This document shows, piece by piece, positions 28,795-37,356 of a stretch of 56,699 bases of DNA (positions are counted from its first letter, which is position 1; every line of letters begins with the position of its first letter). The DNA comes from Vicinamibacterales bacterium (GTDB taxonomy: Bacteria > Acidobacteriota > Vicinamibacteria > Vicinamibacterales > CAVVIG01). The notes under the pieces were generated by a model. That model was not told the origin of the DNA, made no database searches, and worked only from the letters and a program-made list of their open reading frames with translations. Where the stretch lies: NCBI GenBank assembly GCA_046596625.1, contig JBKJMH010000044.1:1-56699 (forward strand), written 5' to 3'. The translations under genes were made by a program, and so were the position numbers.

Positions 28795-30084
28795 ATGCCC
28801 GCGTTGCTCGACGACAGCCTGGTCATCGTCCTCGCCGGCGGCGCCGGCGAACGACTCTCGCCGCTCACGAAACATCGCGCAAAACCGGCTGTGTACTTCG
28901 GCGGACCGTATCGCATCATCGACTTCTCGCTCAGCAACTGCATCAACTCCGGGCTTCGCCGCATCTACATCGCGACGCAGTACAAGTCGTTGTCGCTGAA
29001 TCGTCATATCCGCATGGGCTGGAACGTGGTCTCGGAGGAACTCGGCGAGTTCATCGAGATCCTGCCGCCCCAGAAGCGCGTCGGTGAACACTGGTACCAG
29101 GGCACGGCGGACGCGGTCTACCAGAACCTCTACTCGATCATTCGCGAGAACCCGCGCTACGTCATCGTGCTGTCTGGCGACCACGTCTACAAGATGGACT
29201 ACTCGCGCATGCTCCGGTTCCATCAGGAGAGCGGCGCGGCCGCGACGCTGGCCGCCATCGAAGTGCCACTGCACGAAGCCACGGAGTTCGGCGTCGTCGC
29301 CATCGATGATCAGGAACGGATCACCGGCTTCCAGGAGAAGCCGAAGCAGCCGATCCCGATTCCGGGCTCGCCCGACGTGGCGCTGGCCTCGATGGGCGTC
29401 TACATCTTCGACACCGACGCGCTGGTGAAGGCCCTCGAGGAAGACGCGGTCCAGCCGACCAAGCACGACTTCGGCAAGGACATCATTCCGGCTCTCATCC
29501 ACAAGGCACCGGTCTACGCCTATCGTTTCTACGACGAGAACAAGAAGGCCTCGAAGTACTGGCGCGACGTCGGCACGCTCGACGCGTATTTCGAAGCGAA
29601 CATGGACCTCTGCCAGGTCAACCCGGAATTCAACCTCTACGATCCGGAATGGCCGCTGCGCACCTACCAGCCGCAAGCGCCGCCGGCGAAGTTCGTCTTC
29701 GCCGAGACCGGCCATCGCTGCGGCCAGGCACTGGACTCCATCGTCTCGCCCGGCTGTATCGTGTCCGGCAGCAGTATCTACGGCAGCGTGCTCTGCCCGA
29801 ATGTGCGGGTCCACAGCTTCAGCCATATCGAACAGTCGATCCTGATGCCGGGCGTCCGCGTCGGGCGGCACGCCCGCATCCGTCGCGCCATCATCGACCG
29901 CGACCTGCTTATTCCGCGGGGCGCGGTCATCGGCTACAACCTCGAAGAAGATCGGCGGCGGCACACCGTGACCGAGGGCGGTGTGGTGGTCGTCACCGCC
30001 GACGACGAACCGTTCATTGCGCCGCTCAGCGACGAGGCCTTGCGTTATGAGGCCGAAGCGGACCGGCGTGGCGCAGGAGTCTGA
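28795..30084 (+). CDS. glgC: Glucose-1-phosphate adenylyltransferase
   Basis: [42 protein letters not shown]...WYQGTADAV...[16 protein letters not shown] lies upstream. Confidence 0.9.
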   Translation: MPALLDDSLVIVLAGGAGERLSPLTKHRAKPAVYFGGPYRIIDFSLSNCINSGLRRIYIATQYKSLSLNRHIRMGWNVVSEELGEFIEILPPQKRVGEHWYQGTADAVYQNLYSIIRENPRYVIVLSGDHVYKMDYSRMLRFHQESGAAATLAAIEVPLHEATEFGVVAIDDQERITGFQEKPKQPIPIPGSPDVALASMGVYIFDTDALVKALEEDAVQPTKHDFGKDIIPALIHKAPVYAYRFYDENKKASKYWRDVGTLDAYFEANMDLCQVNPEFNLYDPEWPLRTYQPQAPPAKFVFAETGHRCGQALDSIVSPGCIVSGSSIYGSVLCPNVRVHSFSHIEQSILMPGVRVGRHARIRRAIIDRDLLIPRGAVIGYNLEEDRRRHTVTEGGVVVVTADDEPFIAPLSDEALRYEAEADRRGAGV

Positions 30085-30086
30085 CT

Positions 30087-31385
30087 GTGAAAATCACCCG
30101 AGTGCACGGCCGCGAGATCCTGGACTCACGCGGCAATCCGACCGTGGAAGTGGATGTCACCCTCGACGGGGGCGCGATGGGACGCGCAGCCGTTCCTTCA
30201 GGCGCCTCGACCGGTGAGCGCGAAGCGCTCGAACTGCGGGACGGCGACAAGGCGCGCTACCTCGGCAAGGGCGTCCGCCATGCGGTTGCGAACGTCAACG
30301 GCGAAATCGCCGCCGCGCTCGTCGGCCAGTCGTTCGATCAGCGCACGCTCGACGCCGCGATGATTGCGCTCGACGGCACGCCGACCAAGGCGCGCCTCGG
30401 GGCCAACGCCCTGCTCGGCGTCTCCATGGCCGCGCTGCGGGCCGAGGCGCTGTCCGGTGGGCGTGCGCTCTACACGCACATCGGCGCCCTGTACGGCACC
30501 AGCCGCTACACGCTGCCGGTGCCGATGATGAACATCCTGAACGGCGGCGCCCACGCGGACTCGAGCGTCGACTTCCAGGAATTCATGGTCATGCCGGTGG
30601 GCGCGTCGTCGTTCGCCGAAGCGCTCCGCACCGGCGCGGAAATCTTCCATGCCCTGCGCGGCATCCTGAAGGGGCGCGGCCAGTCGACCGGCGTCGGCGA
30701 CGAGGGCGGCTTCGCGCCGAACCTGAAGTCGAACCGCGAAGCGGTGGAGGTGGTGCTCGAAGCGATCGGGAAGGCCGGCCTGAAAGCCGGCCAAGACGTC
30801 TTCATCGCGCTCGACGTCGCGTCGAGCGAACTCTGGGCCGGCGGCGGACGCTACGTCTTCAAGAAGTCGAGCGAGCCCGAGCGCACGTCTGAACAGATGG
30901 TCGAGCTCTACGCCGACTGGATCCGGCAGTACCCGATCATCTCGATCGAGGACGGCATCGCCGAAGGCGACTGGACCGGTTGGCAGCAGTTGACGGAGGC
31001 CATCGGCGACAAGGTGCAACTGGTGGGCGACGACGTCTTCGTCACGAACCCGGAGATTCTCAAGCGCGGCATCGCGGACAAGGTGGCCAACGGCCTGCTG
31101 GTGAAGCTGAATCAGATCGGCACCGTCACCGAAACGCTCGATGCCGTGCGCATGGCCGCAGATGCCAACTACGCCACGATCATGTCGCACCGATCGGGCG
31201 AAACCGAGGATGCGACCATCGCTGACATGGCCGTGGGCACGGCCGCCGGCCAGATCAAGACCGGTTCGGCGAGCCGCACCGATCGCACCTGCAAGTACAA
31301 CCAGTTGCTGCGCATCGAAGAAGAACTCGGGTCGGCAGCGGTGTATGCCGGCCGTGGCGCCATCCGGGCTCTGGCTGGCCGCTGA
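30087..31385 (+). CDS. eno: Enolase
   Basis: (V)[23 protein letters not shown]...[15 protein letters not shown]...[11 protein letters not shown]...GQIKTGS. Confidence 0.95.
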   Translation: MKITRVHGREILDSRGNPTVEVDVTLDGGAMGRAAVPSGASTGEREALELRDGDKARYLGKGVRHAVANVNGEIAAALVGQSFDQRTLDAAMIALDGTPTKARLGANALLGVSMAALRAEALSGGRALYTHIGALYGTSRYTLPVPMMNILNGGAHADSSVDFQEFMVMPVGASSFAEALRTGAEIFHALRGILKGRGQSTGVGDEGGFAPNLKSNREAVEVVLEAIGKAGLKAGQDVFIALDVASSELWAGGGRYVFKKSSEPERTSEQMVELYADWIRQYPIISIEDGIAEGDWTGWQQLTEAIGDKVQLVGDDVFVTNPEILKRGIADKVANGLLVKLNQIGTVTETLDAVRMAADANYATIMSHRSGETEDATIADMAVGTAAGQIKTGSASRTDRTCKYNQLLRIEEELGSAAVYAGRGAIRALAGR

Positions 31386-31417
31386 CAGTTCGGAGGTCTG
31401 CGTTTCATCGAGGTGCT

Positions 31418-32164
31418 ATGTACAAGCTTGTGCTGCTCCGCCACGGCGAAAGCACGTGGAACAAGGAAAACCGCTTCACCGGCTGGACCGATGTCGACCT
31501 CTCGGACAAGGGCCGCGAGGAAGCGGCTGAAGCCGGCCGCCTGTTGCAGGCTGGCGGCTACGTGTTCGATCAGGCCTATGTCTCGTTGCTGAAGCGCGCC
31601 ATCCGCACGTTGTGGATCACACTCGACCAGCTCGATCAGATGTGGCTGCCGGTCGAGAAGAGCTGGCGCCTCAACGAACGTCATTACGGCGCCCTGCAGG
31701 GGCTGAACAAGGCGGAGACCGCGGCCCTGCACGGCGACGCGCAGGTGCTGGTGTGGCGGCGCAGCTACGACATCCCGCCGCCGCCGCTCACGCTCGATGA
31801 CGAACGCCATCCGGCGAAGGACCCGCGTTACGCCGGCCTCGACGCGGCGGACCTGCCGCTGACCGAGTCGCTGAAGGAAACGGTCGCACGGTTCCTGCCC
31901 TACTGGCACGGCACCATCGCGCCGGCCATCACCAGCGGCAAGCGCGTGATCGTTGCGGCGCACGGCAACAGCCTGCGTGCCCTGGTGAAGTACCTCGACG
32001 ACGTCTCGGAGTCGAAGATCGTCGAGCTCAACATTCCGACCGGTATCCCGCTGGTGTACGAACTGGACGCCGACCTGAAGCCGATTCGCCATTACTACCT
32101 CGGTGACGCGGCCGCGGCCGCCGCCGCCGCGGAACGCGTCAAGCAACAGGCGGCCTCCCGCTGA
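31418..32164 (+). CDS. gpmA: 2,3-bisphosphoglycerate-dependent phosphoglycerate mutase
   Basis: [29 protein letters not shown]...[12 protein letters not shown]...[10 protein letters not shown]. Confidence 0.95.
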   Translation: MYKLVLLRHGESTWNKENRFTGWTDVDLSDKGREEAAEAGRLLQAGGYVFDQAYVSLLKRAIRTLWITLDQLDQMWLPVEKSWRLNERHYGALQGLNKAETAALHGDAQVLVWRRSYDIPPPPLTLDDERHPAKDPRYAGLDAADLPLTESLKETVARFLPYWHGTIAPAITSGKRVIVAAHGNSLRALVKYLDDVSESKIVELNIPTGIPLVYELDADLKPIRHYYLGDAAAAAAAAERVKQQAASR

Positions 32165-32170
32165 ACGGTT

Positions 32171-32193
32171 CGCGCGGACGCCACGTCCGCGCG
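32171..32193 (+). terminator. Perfect 10-bp GC hairpin after gpmA with no U-tract (possible terminator or attenuator)
   Basis: CGCGCGGACG-cca-CGTCCGCGCG is read directly from the sequence. It lies 7 nt after the gpmA stop and 31 nt before the channel-gene ATG. No T-run follows. Confidence 0.4.
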
Positions 32194-32224
32194 GCGCAGC
32201 CTTCCCTCGAGGACTCGCTGCTCG

Positions 32225-33949
32225 ATGCGGTCATATATCGTCTACGTGCTCGGGATCGTCGCGCTGGTCATCCTGACGAGCGCGACCGGCTTCTACGCGG
32301 CTGAAATCGGCACGAACCAGAATCTCGACAGCTACGGCGATGCCCTGTGGTGGGCGATCGTCACCGTCACCACAATCGGCTATGGCGACATCTTCCCCGT
32401 TACCGTGGCGGGACGGTTCGTCGGCGCCTTCCTGATGTTCGCCGGCATCGGTGCGCTCGGCGTGTTCACGGCGTCCATCGCCGCCTACCTCATCAAGTTC
32501 GATCGGCTCGATGCCCTGCGCGTCAGGGGTATGCATCGCCACGTGGTGATCTGCGGCCTCGGCTCGACCGGTGCGCTGCTGACGCAAGCCTTCCAGCGCG
32601 ATGGCTACACGGTGCTGGCGATCGAGAAAGCCGAGGACAACCCGCGCCTCGACGCGGCTCGCGAGGCGGGGGCGGTCGTGCTGATTGGCGATGCCTCGCG
32701 GACGGAGGTCCTGCAACGGGCCCGAGTCGATAGGGCCGCGCACATCGTGATCGTCGCCGGCGCCGATGCGACGAACGTGGAGATTGCGGCGGCAGCGCGT
32801 GCCCTGGTGCACGACTCGGCGGCCAGCGTCTCGTGCGCGGCGCAGATCGAAGACCCTGAACTGTGGTACGCCCTGCGCAGCTGGGACGTCGGCACCCAGG
32901 ACCGCGTGAGGCTCGAGTTCTTCAACGTGACCGAGCTCGGTGCCCGCGCGCTGCTTGCGCGCCATTCGCCCTTCGCGGGAGTCGCCGACGCCGCTGCCGC
33001 CCCACCTCGCGTGCTCATCGTCGGCTCCGGCGCGCTCGGCCAGCACCTGATCGGGCACATGGTGCGGCAGTGGCAGGACGTCGAAGGCGAGACCAAGGCG
33101 CCCCTGCCGATCGCGCTGGTCGATGCTGACGTCGACCGCGTGACCCAGGACCTGCATCATCGCCACCCCGAGTTGCGCACACTCGCCGTAATCACCCCGT
33201 ATGCCCTGGATCTGCGTTCGACCACATTCCAGCGCGGCGCGTTCCTGTTCGACGACACCGGCCTCTGCGCGGTCACGCATGCATATGTCTGCGTCGAGGA
33301 CGAAGGGCTGGCCCTCTCCACGGCGCTGCTGCTGCTGAATCATCTCCGCCAGTACGGCGTGCACGTGATGGTGCGAACGAACCGCGAGGCCGGCCTGGCG
33401 GCGCTGCTGCGCGCGGTCGGCACCCAGGGTTCACGCGGCGTCTCCCACCTGCACGTGTTCAGCCTGCTCGAGCAGGCCTGCCGCCCGGAGTTCGTGCTTC
33501 GTGGCACCAATGAAGTGCTCGCGCGGGCGCTGCACCAGGACTACCTGTCACAGGCATCCCGCCATCAGAATCCGTCGGCTGTTCCGTGGGATGATTTGCC
33601 CGTCGACCTCAAGGAGTCGAATCGACGACAGGCCGATCACATCGCGACCAAGCTCGAAGCGGTGAGGTGCCACATCGTGCCGCTCACCGCGCTCGAAGGC
33701 GATGCCTTTGCGTTCGCTCCAGCCGAAGTGGAGCACCTGGCCGAGATGGAACACGAACGCTGGGTGGCGGAGCGCCGCGCGCAGGGCTGGACGCGCGGCC
33801 CTCGTGATCCGATACAGAAGACCAACCCCAGTCTGGTCTCCTGGGCCGAACTCGATGAGCCGGCTCGCGAGATGAACAGGGGTTCCGTGCGTCGACTGCC
33901 GTTCTTCCTGAATCGCGCGGGCTTCACCGCACACCGTGACAACGCATGA
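32225..33949 (+). CDS. 2TM K+ channel fused to an RCK/TrkA-N domain, a second Rossmann-like domain and tandem C-terminal RyR-like repeats
   Basis: Pore TVTTIGYGD (nt 32360-32386) is flanked by two TM helices. The RCK domain has VVICGLGSTGALL...IGDAS. The second glycine-rich loop is VLIVGSGALGQHL. The C-terminus has LARALHQDY...PWDDLPVDLKESNRRQADHI and VEHLAEMEHERWVAERRAQGWTRGPRD..KTNPSLVSWAELDEPAREMNR, matching the RyR-domain pattern E.LAe..HE.W....GW.yG......P.LvpW.eL. Confidence 0.75.
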   Translation: MRSYIVYVLGIVALVILTSATGFYAAEIGTNQNLDSYGDALWWAIVTVTTIGYGDIFPVTVAGRFVGAFLMFAGIGALGVFTASIAAYLIKFDRLDALRVRGMHRHVVICGLGSTGALLTQAFQRDGYTVLAIEKAEDNPRLDAAREAGAVVLIGDASRTEVLQRARVDRAAHIVIVAGADATNVEIAAAARALVHDSAASVSCAAQIEDPELWYALRSWDVGTQDRVRLEFFNVTELGARALLARHSPFAGVADAAAAPPRVLIVGSGALGQHLIGHMVRQWQDVEGETKAPLPIALVDADVDRVTQDLHHRHPELRTLAVITPYALDLRSTTFQRGAFLFDDTGLCAVTHAYVCVEDEGLALSTALLLLNHLRQYGVHVMVRTNREAGLAALLRAVGTQGSRGVSHLHVFSLLEQACRPEFVLRGTNEVLARALHQDYLSQASRHQNPSAVPWDDLPVDLKESNRRQADHIATKLEAVRCHIVPLTALEGDAFAFAPAEVEHLAEMEHERWVAERRAQGWTRGPRDPIQKTNPSLVSWAELDEPAREMNRGSVRRLPFFLNRAGFTAHRDNA

Positions 33950-35844
33950 GCAGCGAACACCCGTCTTCCCCACACCCGTCGCACCGGCATCGGCGACGCA
34001 GGCGCGTTCGACGGCCAGGCACTGGCCAGGCGCCTGGTCCGCTGCCGCTCGTGGTGGGCGTCACCGGTCACCGTGACCTTCGCCCCGAGGACCTGCCCGC
34101 ACTCGAAGGACTGGTGCGGCGCGTCATCAACGACGTGAAGGACGCGCACCCGCACACCCCGCTGTTGCTGCTATCGCCGCTCGCGGAAGGGAGCGACCGG
34201 CTGGTCGCTCGCGTCGCCCTCGAAGGTGGCGTGCGCCTGGTGGTACCGCTGCCGCTGCCGCTCGAACTGTACGAGCAGGACTTCGTCAGCGACGAGTCGC
34301 GTGCCGAGTTCCGCCGTCTGCTTGGCCTCGCCGAAAGTTCCTACGTGCTGCCGCTCATGCACGGCAACACCGACGAGGGCATCCGACAGTACGGTGACCA
34401 GCGGAACCGTCAGTACGCCCAGGTCGGCGCTCTCATCGCCAGGCAGAGTCAGGTGTTCCTCGCTCTCTGGGACGGCGCAAGCGATGCCGGCAACGACAAG
34501 GTCGGCGGAACCGCGGAAGTTGTCCGGTTCCGACTCGACGGGGTACCGCCAAGCTACGAGCCGACGTCGGCCAGCCCGCTCAGCGACTCGAGCAGCGGTT
34601 CGGTCTATCACCTGATCACGCCGCGCATCGGTCAGCCGCTGCCGCGGAAGGCGCTGACCTCGGAACTCGTGCTGCCCACTCGGCAGTCCGCCGCGTCGTT
34701 CGATGAACTTCAGGGGTGGATGGATCAGTTCAACGAAGATGCCTTACACTTCGACGCGTCGATGGCGCCGGCCCGCCTCACGAGCAAGTCGTATCTCCTG
34801 AACACCACGGAAGACGCGGTCGACGCGACAGCGCGCTCGCTGCCCGCCTCCGCACAGATGACCATGGAGCGTTACGCCGTGGCCGACGCCCTGGCGCTCC
34901 ATTTCGCCAGCCACGCCAGGGCTGCATCGAAGAAGCTCTTTCTCTGGGTGTTCGTGTCGGCGCTGTTCTTCAACCTGTTCCACTCGTTGCCGCACCCCCA
35001 CATTGCGGAACACCCGTCGCTCGGCGAGCGGCTCATCGCCGTTCCGTGGCTGCTGCTACTCTTCCTCGCATCGTCTATCGTCGCGAGCTACTGGATCCAT
35101 CGCGAGGCGACCGAGCAGGATTACCAGAACAAGCACCAGGACTATCGGGCACTGGCCGAAGCCCTGCGCATCCAGTTCTTCTGGCAGGTCGCCGGCGTGC
35201 AGGGTGATGTCGCCGACCATTACCTGCGGAAGCAGCGTGGCGCACTCGAGTGGATTCGCAACGCGCTCCGGGCCTGGGATGCCGAGTCGTCGGCGAGCGA
35301 GGCGCGCGAGGCGGTCGGTGGGTTCGTGCCGGACCGGCTGGCCTACGTCGCCAGGAACTGGGTCAGCGAGCAGCGCAACTACTTCGCCTCGAAGGCGCGC
35401 CGTGAACAGGCGACGCTCGAAGAGGAAGAGAAGAAGATCGAGTGGCTGGTGCGCATCAGCGTGGTGTTGGCCCTGCTCCTCGCAGTGGTGCTGACGGTCC
35501 CGCTCATCATTCCCATCCACGCGCTCGAAGGGGTGAAGCACTGGGTCGAAGAGCCGTGGACGCACGGCATCGTGATGATCGTCATCGTGACGCTGGCCGT
35601 GGTGGCCGGCCTGCGCCACGGCTACAACCAGCAGATGGCGCGCTCCGAGCATGCGAAGCAGTTCGGGCGCATGAGCGAGCTCTTCGATGCGGGGCAGACG
35701 CACCTGTCGGCGCAACTGGACGCCGGACACGTGGAACAGGCGGCGGCGCTGCTGCGCGAGCTGGGCCAGGAAGCGCTGGAGGAGAACGGTGACTGGGTGT
35801 TGCTGCACCGCGAGCGTCCGCTCGAAGTGCCGCACTCGGGCTGA
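33946..35844 (+). CDS. SLOG-like (LOG/YpsA/DprA-type Rossmannoid) N-terminal domain fused to two 2TM modules (SLATT-like)
   Basis: The ATG overlaps the channel-gene stop (ATGA). The N-terminal domain has VVGVTGHRDL, SPLAEGSDRLVA, VVPLPLP and KVGGTAEVV (compare the LOG-type GGxGTxxE). TM pairs lie at about aa 330-385 and 500-556. Each pair is preceded by an amphipathic Y..A......K/R helix (RYAVADALALHFASHARAASKK; RNYFASKARREQATLEEEEKK). Confidence 0.6.
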   Translation: MSSEHPSSPHPSHRHRRRRRVRRPGTGQAPGPLPLVVGVTGHRDLRPEDLPALEGLVRRVINDVKDAHPHTPLLLLSPLAEGSDRLVARVALEGGVRLVVPLPLPLELYEQDFVSDESRAEFRRLLGLAESSYVLPLMHGNTDEGIRQYGDQRNRQYAQVGALIARQSQVFLALWDGASDAGNDKVGGTAEVVRFRLDGVPPSYEPTSASPLSDSSSGSVYHLITPRIGQPLPRKALTSELVLPTRQSAASFDELQGWMDQFNEDALHFDASMAPARLTSKSYLLNTTEDAVDATARSLPASAQMTMERYAVADALALHFASHARAASKKLFLWVFVSALFFNLFHSLPHPHIAEHPSLGERLIAVPWLLLLFLASSIVASYWIHREATEQDYQNKHQDYRALAEALRIQFFWQVAGVQGDVADHYLRKQRGALEWIRNALRAWDAESSASEAREAVGGFVPDRLAYVARNWVSEQRNYFASKARREQATLEEEEKKIEWLVRISVVLALLLAVVLTVPLIIPIHALEGVKHWVEEPWTHGIVMIVIVTLAVVAGLRHGYNQQMARSEHAKQFGRMSELFDAGQTHLSAQLDAGHVEQAAALLRELGQEALEENGDWVLLHRERPLEVPHSG

Positions 35845-35847
35845 GTG

Positions 35848-35871
35848 CCCCCGGCGCCTGCGCCCGGGCGG
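35848..35871. terminator. Imperfect GC-rich hairpin in the 36-nt gap between convergent genes (possible bidirectional terminator)
   Basis: In gcccccggcgcctgcgcccgggcggg, a stem of about 9 bp with two bulges can be drawn by hand. There is no U-tract. Confidence 0.25.
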
Positions 35872-35880
35872 GCAGGGAGC

Positions 35881-37260
35881 CTAGGCCGACGGGGTCTGGG
35901 CCGCGGCCAGCCAGGCGGCCGTCACTTCCGACGCGGTCGAGAAGCGGGCGTTGGCGTCGGACAGGATGCAGCGCATGATCATCGCCGCAGCCTCGGCCCC
36001 GAGGTCGGGGCGCTCGGTGGCGACGTCGGACGGCTTGGTCATGAGCATGCGGCCGAGCAACTGCGGAAATGACTCCGCTGGATACGGCGGCCGGCCGGTG
36101 GCCATGTAGTACATCAGGGCGCCGATCGTGAACACGTCGGCACGCTGATCCGCCGGGTTGCCCATCAGCAGCTCCGGCGCCACGTACGACAGCTCGTGCG
36201 GTGCGGCCTGTCCACGCAGCGTGGCCTCGTTCATCGTCGACAGCAGATCCTGCATGCCGCCGATGCCCGCGCTCGAAATCGCGAGGCGCTCTTCCTTCGC
36301 TGGTTCCCGCACCACCCGGATGATCTCGGGGTGAAGCCCCGAGATGAAGCCGCCGTGCACGTGCACCGCCGCCGTCGCCTCGCTCAACTCGCGCACGAAC
36401 TGCGTCAGCGTCTTGATGGCCAGTCGTCCGTCCGAGCGGACGAGTTCGCCGAGGCTCACGCCAGCCAGCAGGTCGGTGACCACGTACATCATCTCCGCCG
36501 TCTCGCCGAAGTCGCGAACGTGGATGATGTTCGGGTGCATCACTTGCAGGGCGCGCGCCTCGCGCAGGAACCGCGCGCGAATGGCTTCCTTGTTGTCCTT
36601 CTCGGTCGGCCGGTAGACGCGGACCGCAACCGGGCTGCCGAGCATCCGATGCTCGCCGGCGTAGACGACGCTGCCAAATCGACCGATGGCGAGCACTTTC
36701 GTCAGGTCGTAGTTGCCCACGACCAGAGGCGATTCCCTGGACGGTTCGAGCAAGGCCGGCGGAGGTGCAGCCGCTGCGGGTACGGCCGCAGGGGCCACGA
36801 GAGCGAGAGCCGCGGGCGCGCCGCCGCCGTCGGGAATCAGGTCGCCGTCGGTGCCGGGCCGGCGCAGGTGTGCATTGACCCCCTGGACGAGACGCTCGAT
36901 GTGCTGGTCAATCGGCTGAGCAATGGCATCGAACCAGTGCTGCGAGCTGATGAAATACTCCATCGTGCGGGTCGGCATCACGTTCTCGATGCGGACCGGC
37001 ATGAGCGACAGACCCTTGTGGACGGCGCGCTCGACCTCGCGCTGGACCTGGACCGACTTGTTGGAGGCTTCGCTGAAGACCAGCAGCATGAGCCGCGAGC
37101 CTTCGATGCCGTCGATGATCGACTCGGCCCACGGCACGCCGGGCACGATGTCGCGTGGGGCAATCCAGCACGGAATACCGCGCTGCTCGAGCCCCGCGCA
37201 AATCGCGTTCGAGACAACCACGTCCTTCGACGCGTAACTGATGAAGACCACGTGCGCCAT
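35881..37260 (-). CDS. TIR domain fused through an Ala/Pro linker to a degenerate Ser/Thr-kinase-like (pseudokinase) domain
   Basis: The TIR domain has HVVFISYASKD...GIPCWIAPRD...LMLLVFSEASNKSVQVQREVERA (candidate catalytic Glu in REVE) and ...LMPVRI. The kinase fold has IGRFGSVVY, HPNIIHV, YVAPELL and DVFTIGALMYYMATGRPPY. Its catalytic motifs are altered: VAVR (K to R), ISGLHPEII in place of HRDLKPxNI, and SAG in place of DFG. The start is set at the ATG at 37258-37260 because the longer ORF would overlap the upstream terminator. Confidence 0.75.
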   Translation of the reverse strand: MAHVVFISYASKDVVVSNAICAGLEQRGIPCWIAPRDIVPGVPWAESIIDGIEGSRLMLLVFSEASNKSVQVQREVERAVHKGLSLMPVRIENVMPTRTMEYFISSQHWFDAIAQPIDQHIERLVQGVNAHLRRPGTDGDLIPDGGGAPAALALVAPAAVPAAAAPPPALLEPSRESPLVVGNYDLTKVLAIGRFGSVVYAGEHRMLGSPVAVRVYRPTEKDNKEAIRARFLREARALQVMHPNIIHVRDFGETAEMMYVVTDLLAGVSLGELVRSDGRLAIKTLTQFVRELSEATAAVHVHGGFISGLHPEIIRVVREPAKEERLAISSAGIGGMQDLLSTMNEATLRGQAAPHELSYVAPELLMGNPADQRADVFTIGALMYYMATGRPPYPAESFPQLLGRMLMTKPSDVATERPDLGAEAAAMIMRCILSDANARFSTASEVTAAWLAAAQTPSA

Positions 37261-37290
37261 GAGGAAAGCGCCCCGATCATATCGCATCGA

Positions 37291-37329
37291 AAACAAAAAA
37301 AAGGCCGCCGGGTTGAACCCGGCAGCCTT
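37291..37329 (-). terminator. Rho-independent terminator downstream of the AGE-STAS gene
   Basis: The minus strand reads AAGGCUGCCGGG-uucaa-CCCGGCGGCCUUUUUUUUGUUUU. This is a 10-bp stem with one mismatch followed by a U-run. Confidence 0.75.
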
Positions 37330-37356
37330 CTCTCGGTTCTTCTGCGAAGAACGCTG

